Assembly: GCA_965240325.2 (NCBI GenBank)
Contig: OZ251223.1
Location: forward strand, 682,001-746,000
Source of the DNA: Rebecca billardiae RCC1528
Lineage: Eukaryota; Protista; Haptophyta
DNA: 64,000 nt
Direction of reading: 5' to 3'
In this document: piece after piece, positions 11,601 to 28,616 of the stretch
Layout of the letters: each line of letters begins with the position of its first letter
How positions within the stretch are numbered: position 1 is the stretch's first letter
The notes under the pieces: model-generated
Seen by the model: only the letters and a program-made list of their open reading frames with translations
Database searches by the model: none
Told to the model about the DNA's origin: nothing
Translations under genes and position numbers: made by a program

Positions 11601-12829
11601 GCACCTTGATGCCGTGGAAGCGCTTGTAGAACTCAAAGACGATCGCGACGATCGTCGGCATGATCATGATCGTGCCGACCAGCACGAACGCGAGGAAGTA
11701 CGCAAGTGAGGCCGGGTGGCGGTTGAGCGCGGGCCACATGACGTTGGGGTAGTTCTCGCCCGTCATCAGCGTGAGCAGCGCGACGAACGCCAGGTCGAAG
11801 CGGTCGAACGCGTTCGAGTCGTCCCCGGCGAACGCGGGCGCGCGCAGCCCGAGCCCCTCGAAAATGGACACGCCCACGATCGCCCAGATCAGCGTGCACA
11901 CGAACGCGAGCGTGGCGAGGTCGGCGAGCGAGGGCAGGCTGTCGAGGATGGAGAGGACGGAGTTGTACGACGCCTTGTCGGTGAAGGGCAGGTACAGCAT
12001 GCGCAGCGGCCGGCTCCACCGCAGGTACGCCACGGTGCCGCCCGTGCCCAGCACGATGCACGCGGCCGCCACCCAGTCGACAAAGCACGCGAGCGCGACG
12101 AGCACGCGGACGTAGTTCTGGCGCTGCGCAACGGCGGCCGAGCGCCGCTGGTAGCCGACGTGCAGGCAGATGTCGGCCATGTACGTGAGCGCGCACGCGC
12201 CCTCCAGCACCGCCACCCACCACGCCCACGGCCGCGTGCCCGGCAGCCCGCTCGCCGCGGGCAGGTACGTGCGCTCCGCCTCGACAAACACGAGCGCAAA
12301 GTAGAGCGCGACGACGAGCTGGACGAAGCGGCGCCAGCGCGCGTCGTGCGCGACGAGGAAGAACGCGCGCGCCCAGCGCTGCTCCCACGCGATCGTGCCG
12401 GGGTCGATGCGCTCGATCGCCAGCTTGGCGAACGTGCTCGCGAGCTCAAAGCGCTCGTGGCTTGCCCAGCTCATCGACGTGAACCGCCGGTGGAGCGCGT
12501 CGAGCCCGCCCGACTCGTGGTGCCGCACGCGCTCGTCGAAAGTCGACTGGTCGATCCCAAGCTCCTCGAGGCTCTTCGTGACGAGCGCCTCGTACAATCT
12601 GCACGCGAGAGCGCGCGCCGGGCGCGCGCGGCGAGTGAGAGGGCGCGCGTGCTGATGTGGTGTGGTGCACCGCGCAGAGCGCGCACTCAAGCTCCTGCTG
12701 CTCGAGCTGTAGCACGCGTATCCGGTTTGTGAGCGACCGACGGAACGTGCGTGGCCGCTTCAGCGGGTTGGGCATCGGATGCCTCGCCCTTTCAGGAGAG
12801 GCGTCGGAAGCCCGATGAGGGTCAGCCAT
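8665..12829 (-). CDS. TPC: Two-pore channel (2x6TM) with linker EF-hands and a C-terminal multi-EF-hand array
   Basis: Exon 1 from ATG 12829; intron 12599-12686 gives ...QELELYEAL.... Pore I LLTLMTGENYPNVMWP; linker EF-hands DEDDSGAISYAE and DSDGDNVLTAQE; S4 RALRTLRVLRSIR; pore II LLQLVLAANWPEL; six further EF loops. Confidence 0.88.
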
Positions 12830-13090
12830 TGTGTCACTCTTCCGCGTACTGTATGTATCCAGACCGCGCAAAAGGGGGAGTCGAAAAACGACGTGGGTAA
12901 GCCAGCCATGTCGTCGGTTACACTACTAGTACGAACTATTAATATTGTATGCGGTTCAGATGCGATAATTGTAGCTCAACAGCAGCCATTAATTTTGGCG
13001 ATCGTCGCCGATTCGACGGAGCTTCCCCAGTCTTCGTCGGCGCCAATCACGATGCCCGGGGCCGGTCGCGGCCGGGTGCGCGCCGGGGCC

Positions 13091-14122
13091 ATGGCGCTGT
13101 GCGCACTCTTCCTCGCGGGTAGCGCCGTGGCGCTGCACGCGCCGGCACGGTGCGCTCGATCGCCCCTTGCGCGACTCCCTCGCACCTCTGCCGCGCGCGG
13201 AGCGAGCTGCGCGCGCATGGCGGACACGACGCCGATGCTCTCGCTCGCCGCCTTCCCGTTCCCCCTGACCGAGCTGCTGCTGCCGGGCGAGCGCAAGGAG
13301 ATGCACCTGTTCGAGAGCCGCTTCATCTCCCTCTTCGAGCTGGCGCAGCAGCAGGGTGGACTCGCCTCGCAGATGCTCTTCACGGACGACGGCTCGACGC
13401 TCGCCATCGGCGCGCTTCTCTCTGTCGAGGAGTGGACGCGCCGCGACGTCGGCCTGAACGTGATCGTCCGCGCCGTCGGCCGCGTGAGGCTGATCGACGT
13501 GCATGGCACCGAGCCCTACATCAGCGGCCTCTTCGAGCCGCTCCGCGACGCGCCGCTCACCACGGACGCGCAGCGGCGCGCACTCCGCGCGCAGCAGGCT
13601 GAGCTGTACGAGTTGCACGCCGACTGCCGCGCCGCGCGCACGCGGCTGCTGCGCGCGTGCGAGGAGGACGGGACGTGCCTGATCGACGGCGAGCTGCCCG
13701 CGCCCGCCGCAGCCGCCGCCGCCCCCTCCGGCTCCTCCGCGTCCACCGACACGGACACGGAGCTCGCCCCTTCCGCGCGCGTCACGTGGGGTCACGAGCT
13801 GACCAGCCCAGATTCCGGCTTCGCATCGGCGCTGGACGAGCAGGTGGCGAGCGCGACCGCGGCGGTGCTGGCCGGGCGCGAGCGCGCGATCGCTGGCGGG
13901 CGCGCCCCATGGGACGGCGCCTCCGCCGAGGATATCGAGCTCGGCCTCACCTCGATGCTCGCGTGCGCGTGCTTCCCCGCCGCGCAGCGCGTGCGCGCGC
14001 TCGCTCTGGACGACGTCTCCGTGCGCTTCGACAACGCGATCGAGCTGCTGCAGGAGCAGCGGCGCATGCTCGCGGCAAAGACGGCGCTGCTCTCCGCATT
14101 CGGCTCACCGCGTGGCGAGTGA
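13091..14122 (+). CDS. LON N-terminal (substrate-binding) domain protein, probably plastid-targeted
   Basis: Signal peptide MALCALFLAGSAVALH followed by an R/S/A-rich transit-like stretch; AFPFPLTELLLPGERKEMHLFESRFISLF and VRAVGRVRL match LON_substr_bdg. Confidence 0.8.
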   Translation: MALCALFLAGSAVALHAPARCARSPLARLPRTSAARGASCARMADTTPMLSLAAFPFPLTELLLPGERKEMHLFESRFISLFELAQQQGGLASQMLFTDDGSTLAIGALLSVEEWTRRDVGLNVIVRAVGRVRLIDVHGTEPYISGLFEPLRDAPLTTDAQRRALRAQQAELYELHADCRAARTRLLRACEEDGTCLIDGELPAPAAAAAAPSGSSASTDTDTELAPSARVTWGHELTSPDSGFASALDEQVASATAAVLAGRERAIAGGRAPWDGASAEDIELGLTSMLACACFPAAQRVRALALDDVSVRFDNAIELLQEQRRMLAAKTALLSAFGSPRGE

Positions 14123-14607
14123 GCGCGCCACGCACGCTCTGCGCGCCGCTGGTCACGCCCCGCGAAGGCGGCTTGCTTCTGGGAGCGCGTGGCTGATGTT
14201 GACAAGGTATGTTGTCTGTTGAACGCAGTCACGGACTCACAGTGGCGTCACTCACTCACTGCCGCCTGGCTCGCGTCGTCGCTCGCGTCGTCGCAGACCA
14301 CGCGCGGCTTGCTCCGACTTCGTCGCACGCGGTCTACGAAACACCTACCACTGGCTACAGCTCCCCTATCTGTTGCCGTCGACTGACGCCACGGCCAACT
14401 TCAGTCTTCGTCACTCTCCGGTCGGCCCGGTCCGCGTGACGCGGCACGGCCGGCACGCCCGCATGGTGGTACGCGCGGACCGACGGCGACGGCGAGTCCG
14501 AGCCGGCGAGCCCGAGGGCGAGGGGTCGGCGGAGACGCAGTGACGTACGTATGCGGTGCTGGAAGCTTGGCAGTTGGCAGCGGTGATTTGCAAGTGTGAA
14601 TCACTGA

Positions 14608-16484
<1,877 letters not shown>

Positions 16485-16869
16485 CGCGCCACCACCACTG
16501 GCTGCCAAACAGCCGGTGTTCGAACAAATCAGTCGGATGCCAGCCTTGACAGTGTGGCACCCAGTGTCCGGGTGACACGTACCTGGGCCAGGCAGCAGCC
16601 AGCGGGGCTGTCGCTGTGCTCAGCCAGGCTCACAGGGCTCTGACAGCTTCTGACAGGCGAAGTCGGCGACTCGCCAGTGGCGCCAGGCGTCGTGCGCCGG
16701 TATCAGTTACGCCTTACGGTCGTGCAGTCGCACCGTCCGCGCACACGGCACAGACTCTACTGTAGTTACGACAGACCGCGCGCACTGGGCCTGGGCCCAG
16801 GCTGTCTAATGTCTGGCAGCCGCGCCTGAATAGTGATGAATCTGATTCGGCGGTTGACGGGCGGCTTGA

Positions 16870-17876
<1,007 letters not shown>

Positions 17877-18593
17877 CAAACTGAATAACAATCATCTATA
17901 GTCTGCTATGCCACCAATGCCACGTGGCACGTAACTAATAACCACGTTGAGCCAGTCTTATAACTTATTCTTAACTGCTTGGCAGCCACGCTTCGGCTTC
18001 ACACTGCGGATCCGGCAGCGACTCGCTGGCGGCCTGACGTGTCACGTGAGGTCACGTGACGAGGCCCGTCCCGCGCGGCGTCCGCGACCGTGACGACTCG
18101 GCGACTCCCCGTCTCACGACCGCCAGAGCCCAGACTCAGAGGCTCCTAAGCCTGCGCGGCCCGCGGCCAGGGCCTGAGCCGCCTGAGGGGTCGGCCGGAG
18201 AGCCACCTGCACGAGTCATCGCGACACCGGCATCATACTGTAAAATAAGACATACTCACATAAAAGTCGACACCGTCCCGCGGCGCTGGGTATTAATTCT
18301 GCGTTCTGGTTCGATTTCGAGGCGCCGGACTCACCCGTCGACGCCGCCGTCGTCAGCCGTCACCAAAACGTCCGATCGACCGAATCTGCTGATGATCATG
18401 GCCGCGCACGTCTGTGACGTCCTCGTCGTCCTCCCGCTCGAACCCGGCGTCCAACGCGTCCGCCGTGTTCGAATTATTCCGTCGTCGTGGCGCTGATGAG
18501 CTGGCGAGGACGCCGTTGGAATCGCGGTGTCACGTGCACGCCTCGTCGCCACATGCTGCACGATACAGCCTCGCGCGCAGCATGCTTCCGTAC

Positions 18594-21076
<2,483 letters not shown>

Positions 21077-21525
21077 TGTCGACGGTGCGACGCCGGGTCT
21101 AGACCGGTCCGTTGACCGGACGCTCAGCGTCGGCCAACGGGCACCTCAGTGACTCAGTGAGGCGGCGGACACCGTGGCTGAACAAGTCAGTACCATGCAG
21201 GCTGAAGCTTGCCAAAATTACGAGTCTACAACATTCGTGTCTTACAACATGATTCGTGTCTTAGTAGTCGTCGTAGGCTGCTTGTTCTTCCTTCTTACTG
21301 ACTACGTCTGTAGCATTGTTACTGTAATCGTCATCATCAGCACATTGTCATTCCGGAATGACAATGTCAATGATTGTACGAACAATGTAGCTACCGAGAC
21401 GAGCGAGACACATTACCCCCATAGGCTCTCTTCTCTGTAGTAATCGTCCGGGGGCTCCAGGCGGCGAGTTCGCGAGCCGTGACCGAGAGCTCGGCGGTCG
21501 CTCGGCAGGCCGACAGGCGGTCGCG

Positions 21526-22258
21526 ATGCTGTCGACGTGCCGTGCGCGGGCGCTTGCCCCGGGGCTGGTGACGCGTGCCTTTCATGCGGCCCCGGCTGTG
21601 CGCTCGTCCTCCCAGCCGCAGCGCGAGCCCCGCATGCCAAAGATGGAGGACGACGGCAACGCGTCGTTCTCGGACGTGCTCCACGGTGCAACCCAGACGC
21701 TTTTCGTCACGGAGATCCTGCGTGGCATGGGACTCACGCTCTCGATGTTCTTTCGTGAGAAGGTCACAATCAACTATCCGTTCGAGAAGGGACCACTGAG
21801 CCCGCGCTTCCGGGGTGAGCACGCGCTGCGGCGATACCCGACTGGCGAGGAGCGCTGCATTGCGTGCAAGCTGTGCGAGGCCATCTGCCCAGCCCAGGCC
21901 ATCACGATTGAGGCGGAAGTGCGCGAGGATGGGTCGCGGCGGACGACGCGGTACGACATCGACATGACCAAATGCATCTTCTGCGGCTTCTGTCAGGAGG
22001 TCCGTTGCATGTCGGCACGATGCGCGTGTGCGCACCCACGCGTGCAGCGTGCCCGCTCCTGACACTCCGCTGGCCTCCCCTTTGCGCGCGCGCGCGCAGG
22101 CCTGCCCCGTGGATGCGATCGTGGAGGGGCCGAACTACGAGTACGCCACGGAAACGCACGAGGAGCTGCTCTACGATAAGCACAAGCTCCTGGACAATGG
22201 CAATCGATGGGAGGCTGAGATCGCGGCGGCCCTCAAGTCGGAGCACGTCTACCGCTGA
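21526..22258 (+). CDS. NDUFS8: Complex I 2x[4Fe-4S] subunit TYKY, 2 exons
   Basis: [24 protein letters not shown]; [12 protein letters not shown]; CIFCGFCQE|ACP. Intron 22000-22099; mitochondrial presequence. Confidence 0.97.
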
Positions 22259-23477
22259 GATGTGCACTGGCTGCGCTGATCACCCGACGTGGCTGCCAGG
22301 TGCTCGCGGCAGGCGATGGTGGCGCCATCGGCATGCTCTCGGCGATCCCGAGCAAGCCGACAGCTTGCTGTCACTGGATGAACGGGCAAGACTAGAGCCT
22401 CCGGAGTGACCGGAGTCCCGTACCTCATCGCCCTCGGACTCGGGACTGTAACACTCAGGACTGTAACAGCCCCACTAACTAACAGTGACAGACTGAGTCG
22501 GGGCGCAGGCCGCAGGGGTGCCGTCGCCCGATGACGTTGGCGACACGTCACGAGTGTCGATGACGATCGGCTGACCAGTCGCGGCCAGGACCCGTCCCGC
22601 GAACTGGTCCAGAGAGTCTGCCAGTCCGTCAGAGCTCATCGCAGCCGGGACGGGCCGCCGGCCGGCGCGCTGCGGCCGGGCCGGGCCCGCGGCTGCGCCT
22701 GCGCGGCCCCGGCCCGATAGAGGCACCGTGAGGGCAGTTGCGGTGACTTGCGGTCCGAGACTCTCACACGGTAGACAAGCCGCGCCGCCCGCGGGGTCGG
22801 CGCTGTGACTACTGTACTTACTACTTGTGGCGCCGCGCTGACCGGCGGTCTCGGCGACCGTAACAAACACTAGCAGTACAACTCGCGCCGACTCGGACTG
22901 ACTGAGTCCGGATATATATATATATATATGGTCGTCCTTCTGATCGACCATCAGTTGATATTTATGTTACGAGCCTATACTGATGTCTCACCTGGTGGCC
23001 TGGACCTGTGTCCTGTGCCACTCTCAGGAGTCTCTAGGGCCCGGCGGGGCAGAGTGCCTGGTAATACTGCCTAGTGACTAAAGTGACTCACTGAGAGTCT
23101 CTCGCGGCCTCGCGGGTACGCCGGTGCCCGGTCGCGGTCGCGCGGAGCCCGGAGCTACCGTACTCGCGGAGTACTGGTTAGGTTAATACTGTGATGCTAA
23201 TTATAAATAATAATAACGGCTATGCTGCTACACAAAGCGCGTGGTGATGACTTGCCGCGCAGCTCGTCTGATAAATGATGTTTATGTGCGCGTCCCCTCT
23301 CCCAGGTGCCCTAGAGGCAGTGTGGTTCGATTGTGTACTCAAGACGAGCGCAGCGGCAGAGGATGCCTATTCGTGAAGCGGCGAGTAGAAGTGCACCGCA
23401 ACGGGTATCATTCTGTGGAAATGTCCAAACCACCCAACGGCGGCGGCGCAGAGTGGGTATCGACATCGCGTGGGCAT

Positions 23478-23988
23478 TTACTCGCAGTTGCCGCCCTCGT
23501 AGCGCTCGAGCTGGCGGATAGGCTTGTAGTTGAACGGGAACATGTTGACAGACGACTTTGTGTGCGCGATGACACGGTTGGTCACGAAGTGCACACCATC
23601 CGCCTCAGTCTCGTGGATAGCCTGAGTGCTGCGCTTCGTGGGCATGATCGTGTACTTCGGGTTGCAGGTGAACTCACGCGTGATGGCGTAGGCGCAGACG
23701 GCCGTCGCAAGGCCAAGGGTGGCGAACAGAGGGTAGATCTCCGGCTTCAGGAGCTGCGCGCGTTCACACCGGAGGAGGCGCGCGCGAATGCAGGCAGGGG
23801 ACGACGAGGTGCGAGTCAGCACGCATGCGCCAGTGGTGACCAGGCGTGCTCTTGGGCACGGGAGCGCCTGGACTGCTGGGCGCGTGCGACGCCGATCTGG
23901 CGAGCTTGCGCGATGAGGTCGCGGCGCAGACGCGTGCACGCGCAGGGTGTGCACGCACCCAGTAGCGCGCGAACCGCGAGCTGGACAT
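23478..23988 (-). CDS. B12D / NDUFA4-like small mitochondrial membrane protein, 2 exons
   Basis: Exon 1 MSSSRFARYW (23959-23988), intron 23754-23958, exon 2 LLKPEIYPLFATLGLATAVCAYAITREFTCNP. Matches the B12D W..PEVYPLF...NP pattern. Confidence 0.8.
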
Positions 23989-24328
23989 GCCGGTGAAGCC
24001 ACCGCCCTCAGAGAACGGAAGCGGGTTGCGACCACCGCCCGGGCGAACACCCTCGTGAGCCATTGTGTTGTGCGGGGAAGGGGAGGAGAGGGGAGGACTT
24101 CGGCCGCGCAGAGATGCTTGGGCAAGATTCCCGTCCGTGGACGGCACCGATGCACCGGTAATTGGCCCACAACAAACTGCCTGACGAACTTTGGCCTGGG
24201 CCGTCAAAAACGGCCCACCGGGCCCGCGGGATTCCTTATTGGATTCCGGCACCCCAACCCCCTTGAACAAACTGACTGACTGAGCCGGGCGCGACTTTGT
24301 AACGTCGAATAACATTGTACGTATCACG

Positions 24329-25429
24329 ATGGCGTCGCCGACGCGCACGCTCGGTGTCGCACTCGCGGCCGCATCGGCGTTATTCTTTGCTATGCAAGGG
24401 CTCGCCGTGAGCTTTGCGGCCGCGCGTGGCGTCACAATCTGGCAAATCGCCTCCATCGTTGGCGGAGGCAGATGCGTTCTCGCATTTGCACTGACGTGCA
24501 CGCGGTCCAACTGGAGGAGACACGCCGTGTGCGTCGGACGAGACGGCTGGTTTGTTGCTCTCTTCGCCGTATGCCAGGGGTTGGCCGCGCTTCAAGTTCT
24601 GACCGAGTTTACAGCGCTGTCCATCCTTCCTGTTGGGGAGTCGACGGCGATCGCGTTCAGCGCGCCGATATGGAGTGCACTCATTGCGCGCCTCTGCCTT
24701 CGCGAGCAGCTTGCTCCGACTCATGGCGTGGCCGCTATTGGCGTCGTCGTGGGTGTCGCGCTCATTGCACTCAATGGCAACGAATCACCGGCCCCATCAA
24801 TCGCACATGACGCACGAACGCACGTGGGTGGCCTTGCGTGCGCTGTCTTGACCGCCATCGCCATCGGTGGGGAGACTGTGGCGCTGCGAGCCGTCAGCGC
24901 GGCTGAGGTCCCAGCGGTCGTCTGCACTGCGTGGTCTGGATTAGGCATCTTCTTCACGGCAGCGCTGGTCGCTACGGCCCGCGCAGAGCCAATTCTACCC
25001 CAATTCTCGTCATCTACGACTACGTGGCTCATGCTCACAGCGGGCGCCACCATGTCCACGGTCGCGCAGACTCTTCTGGCAGCAGCACTGCAAATGCTCG
25101 AGGCAGGGCCGGTGACCGTGCTGAGTGCGCTAGAGGTCTTCTTCGCTTTCTTTGGGCAAGTGTTGGTGATGCATGCGCCGGTTCGGGTGCGCGCTTTGGC
25201 AGGCGCTATCCTCATTTGCGTGTCGGTACTTGTGATCAGTCTTCACACGGCTGTCAGCGCTGATGCGGGGCGGCACAAAAGTCCACTGAGCCACAGGCAC
25301 ATGGCAGTGGGAACCAGGCCCGCTGAAGGGACATCTGATCATGGAGCTGCTGGCACGCAACGCACAATCTCGACTGCTGCTGTGAGGCAGGATGGGAGTA
25401 CCAAGTCCCCGCTACTTGTGAAGCCTTGA
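24329..25429 (+). CDS. EamA/DMT-family transporter (about 10 TM)
   Basis: Two EamA-like halves: ALSILPVGESTAIAFSAPIWSALIARLCLREQL and ALQMLEAGPVTVLSALEVFFAFF. Intronless and lower GC than its neighbours. Confidence 0.85.
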   Translation: MASPTRTLGVALAAASALFFAMQGLAVSFAAARGVTIWQIASIVGGGRCVLAFALTCTRSNWRRHAVCVGRDGWFVALFAVCQGLAALQVLTEFTALSILPVGESTAIAFSAPIWSALIARLCLREQLAPTHGVAAIGVVVGVALIALNGNESPAPSIAHDARTHVGGLACAVLTAIAIGGETVALRAVSAAEVPAVVCTAWSGLGIFFTAALVATARAEPILPQFSSSTTTWLMLTAGATMSTVAQTLLAAALQMLEAGPVTVLSALEVFFAFFGQVLVMHAPVRVRALAGAILICVSVLVISLHTAVSADAGRHKSPLSHRHMAVGTRPAEGTSDHGAAGTQRTISTAAVRQDGSTKSPLLVKP

Positions 25430-25719
25430 ACATGCTGGCAGCATGTGGTGAATGCTGCGGGAATGTGGCGCGGATTGATTGCTGCAGGGAGTGATGCTGA
25501 TGACACTGGTGACTGGAGCCGTCCGTGGGCGGCGGTTCAACGGCAGTCTCATATGCAGTCATTGGTCGCGTCGTCATCGCCACTACTCGCACAAGGTGCT
25601 TGACTACTCTTCATATGTACTTCGTCACGAGTCCGGCAGCGCGGCGTCAACACTCGCCGTCGCGTCTCCGCAAGTCGACGGCGAGTGTCAGACGTGCACA
25701 TCACTGCATCGCATCATTC

Positions 25720-28359
25720 CACAGTGCCGGAAAACTGCTCAGGGTGACGTTTTAAGTTGTCCGCACCACTAGTCGAATCATCGGACAATTCTGAAGCGGT
25801 GCGCCTAAATTCGGCGCACCATAGGCGCGTCGAATCGTGGCACAGACCTTGGTAGCAGGCCACACCTGAGCGCGCTGCGCGCGCCGACGCGCGCTCGGCG
25901 CGGGCAAAAAATCATGCGCCGTTGGCATTACGCAGCCCCGCGCAGCGCTGTGCTCGAGCTCGGCGGCGGCGAAAGCGGGCGGGCGCACACGGCGGTGCCC
26001 GTGCGCGCTGCTCCGAGCGCAGCTGCGGCCACCCCGGCGGCATACCGCCGGTCGAGGGCACGAAAACCGATTTTTCGGGAAAATGCAGAGCAGCGGCGCC
26101 CGAGCGCGCCCGAGCTCGTCGCAGCACAGTCTCCTGGTGGCTGCGCCCCGTGAAGCCACGCCACGCGGGGCGCTGGCGTGCGCGTGGCCTGCGCCCACCG
26201 TGCGCTGCCCGATCATGGCCGTCGACCGCTCCGAGCGCCTCACCACGCGTGCTCGAGCCCACCGATACTGACGCCCGAGCACGGTGCCGGCAGCGCTCGC
26301 AGGTGGGCGTCGGAGAAAACACGCCGGCCGAACGAGCTTGAAGCGTCCGCCGCGATGCCAACGGCAGCGGACGACGTGCGCGCCACCTCGGCGCCAGTCG
26401 CCCAGCCCTTGCGCGGCGGTGCGGGCTCGCTCGTTCGCCGCCATCAGCTGCGCGCGCGCAGCCCGATCACTGCCCGCTGGTTCTGTTGTCGAGCAGCTGC
26501 GGCCTGCCACGCGCACTGCCGGACATTGAGCCACAGCGCGAGCACGCGCCTCGTCTGGCACGCGCGAGCACTCAGCATCGTGCGTGGCCACCATGACGCG
26601 CCCATCTGCGCCAGCAGCGATGAGCACGCCGCCGTTCAGCTCGCATCGGGCTCGCTCGCGACGCAGCAACGCGCGGCCGTAGCGGCAGCAGCGGCGCCGT
26701 CGAGCACGCGCAGCAAACAAATATGCAGCGCGGGCGAGTCGACGGTCTGGAAAATGCGCGATCACGCCACAGCAGGCTGGCAGAGCCCGCCCGAGCTGCA
26801 GCATGCCGTAGGTGCTGCCCCAAGCTCTCGACTGCCCGTAAGCGGCGGCATGTGCGGCGGCGCCGGCGGCGGCCATGCTGCCACGCCGTTGCGCGCCGCG
26901 GGGCGCCGTCGGCACCTCCGTGGTGAAGCGCACAGAGCTCGAGCCCACGGGGGCTGGCGACCGTCAAACCGACACCCCATGACGCGGGGCTGCGTGCGCC
27001 AGCTGCGCGCACTCCGTGGGCCCACCTAGCCCGCTCGAGCAGCTCGCCTTGGCTGCGCGCAGCGGCTCGAGCACACTGGTATGGGACGCCTGCCTGCGGT
27101 GCCGCCGAGCACATGCGGCCGACGGTCACTCAGCACGGGCGACTCGACGGCGGCGAGCAGGCGCGACGGCCTCGCCGCGCCGCGGAAAAGCCTGCCCGGG
27201 CTGCAGCACGCCGTAGGAGCAGCCCAGCGCCCTCCTCCGCCCTCCAGCTTCGGCGCGCGCAGCAGGCCCGGCGGCGGCCATGCTGGCGTGCCCAAGCATG
27301 AAGATGGGCGCGGCCGGCCGCGCCGTCGCAAAGCGCGCAGAACTCGAGCTCGGGGGGGCGGACGGCCGCCAAACTGGCGCGGCAGGACGTGGCACTGCGT
27401 GCGCCAGCTGCGCGCACCCGCTGCGCCCGCGTGGCCCGTGCGAGCGCCGCGCCTCGAGCACACGCAGCTGCTCGACACAGCCACGGCAGTGTGGCTTGTG
27501 CGCGTGCACGTGATCAGTCTCAGCTCTGAGGCGCGCGCTCAGGAGGGCTGCGGCCGGGCCGAGCGCGATCTGCGCGGACGGTACAGCCTGGCGGCTCATG
27601 CCAGCCAGCCCAAAGCCCGCTCCGCCATCCGCGTCATGGCGCTCCAGCCTCTCGCGTGCTGCGCTGCAGCCGCGCTCGGCAAAGACGTCGCCCAGCCCGC
27701 CTTGCACGCGGCTGAGCAGTGGCAGCCAGGCGAAGCGTCGTCGCGGGCGAGGCTGCGCTGGGTGATGCGGCTCGGGTCGGTGGGCAAGTCGCACCCCGCC
27801 GTCGGTCGCCTCCACGCCTCAGGCTCGCTCGAGGTCAAAGACAACTGCGCGGCGCGGCGTTTGCGCGGGCGGGCCGCGGGCGTGGCGGGGTGTACGCGTG
27901 CAATGTCACAGCCTCCCACACAATTTCAGGAGGGTGAGACGCACCGCCAGCGGCACCCGCACACAATCCCACCCTGCGCGAGCCACCTGCCGTGTCGACT
28001 GAAGCATCAGGCTCGGGCGCAACCGCGGGCGGCGCATGCAAGAAGCTCGCGAAACGCACCGCGCGCGCCGTGAGGGCGAAAGGAGTTAGGAGAGCACCCG
28101 TCAGGGCGGCGAGGAACTTGCCCAGCGCCACGCGGAAGACGACCCCAGCCCGCGTCGACGCATAGTCGGGCCCGCGAGCAGCCTCGTCGGTCTTCGCCGA
28201 GTAGATCGCGCCGCGAGCCGAGGCACCGCTCGTTTGAGGCTCCGTCCGCCGCGAAGTCGCGGCTTCCACCCGAGTTCCACTGTCCGGCCGAGACCGGATT
28301 CGCTGACTCGAGCTGCGGACCGTCCGAAGCGTCACGGAAAATTCCAATCCTGCACTGTG
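25720..28359. mobile_element. Non-autonomous CMC/Transib-like DNA transposon with CACAGTG termini
   Basis: Left end CACAGTGCCGGA-N12-GTGACG-N9-GTCCGCA; right end (reverse complement) CACAGTGCAGGA-N12-GTGACG-N9-GTCCGCA. Both flanks share TC. Confidence 0.7.
26731..27470 (+). repeat. Degenerate tandem duplication, 405-bp period
   Basis: cgggcga(g/c)tcgacgg at 26731 and 27136; tgcgtgcgccagctgcgcgcac at 26991 and 27396. Confidence 0.7.
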
Positions 28360-28434
28360 TCATCATCATTCATCATATATCGACATCGTCGACGACGCGT
28401 TACATGGCGATATGACTTATGACGAATATTAGCA

Positions 28435-28435
<1 letters not shown>

Positions 28436-28488
<53 letters not shown>

Positions 28489-28522
28489 CTCTATATATAT
28501 ATATATAGCAGCTATATATATA
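28436..28522. repeat. (TA)n microsatellite, interrupted
   Basis: Pure TA from about 28436 to 28487, interrupted to 28522. Confidence 0.95.
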
Positions 28523-28616
28523 ATCTTCCGGACCCGATGCGCAGCAGATGCCATCACAGTTAGTTATAAAATATGTATATGTAATAATACTACGACTACC
28601 GTCGGTATATATATAT

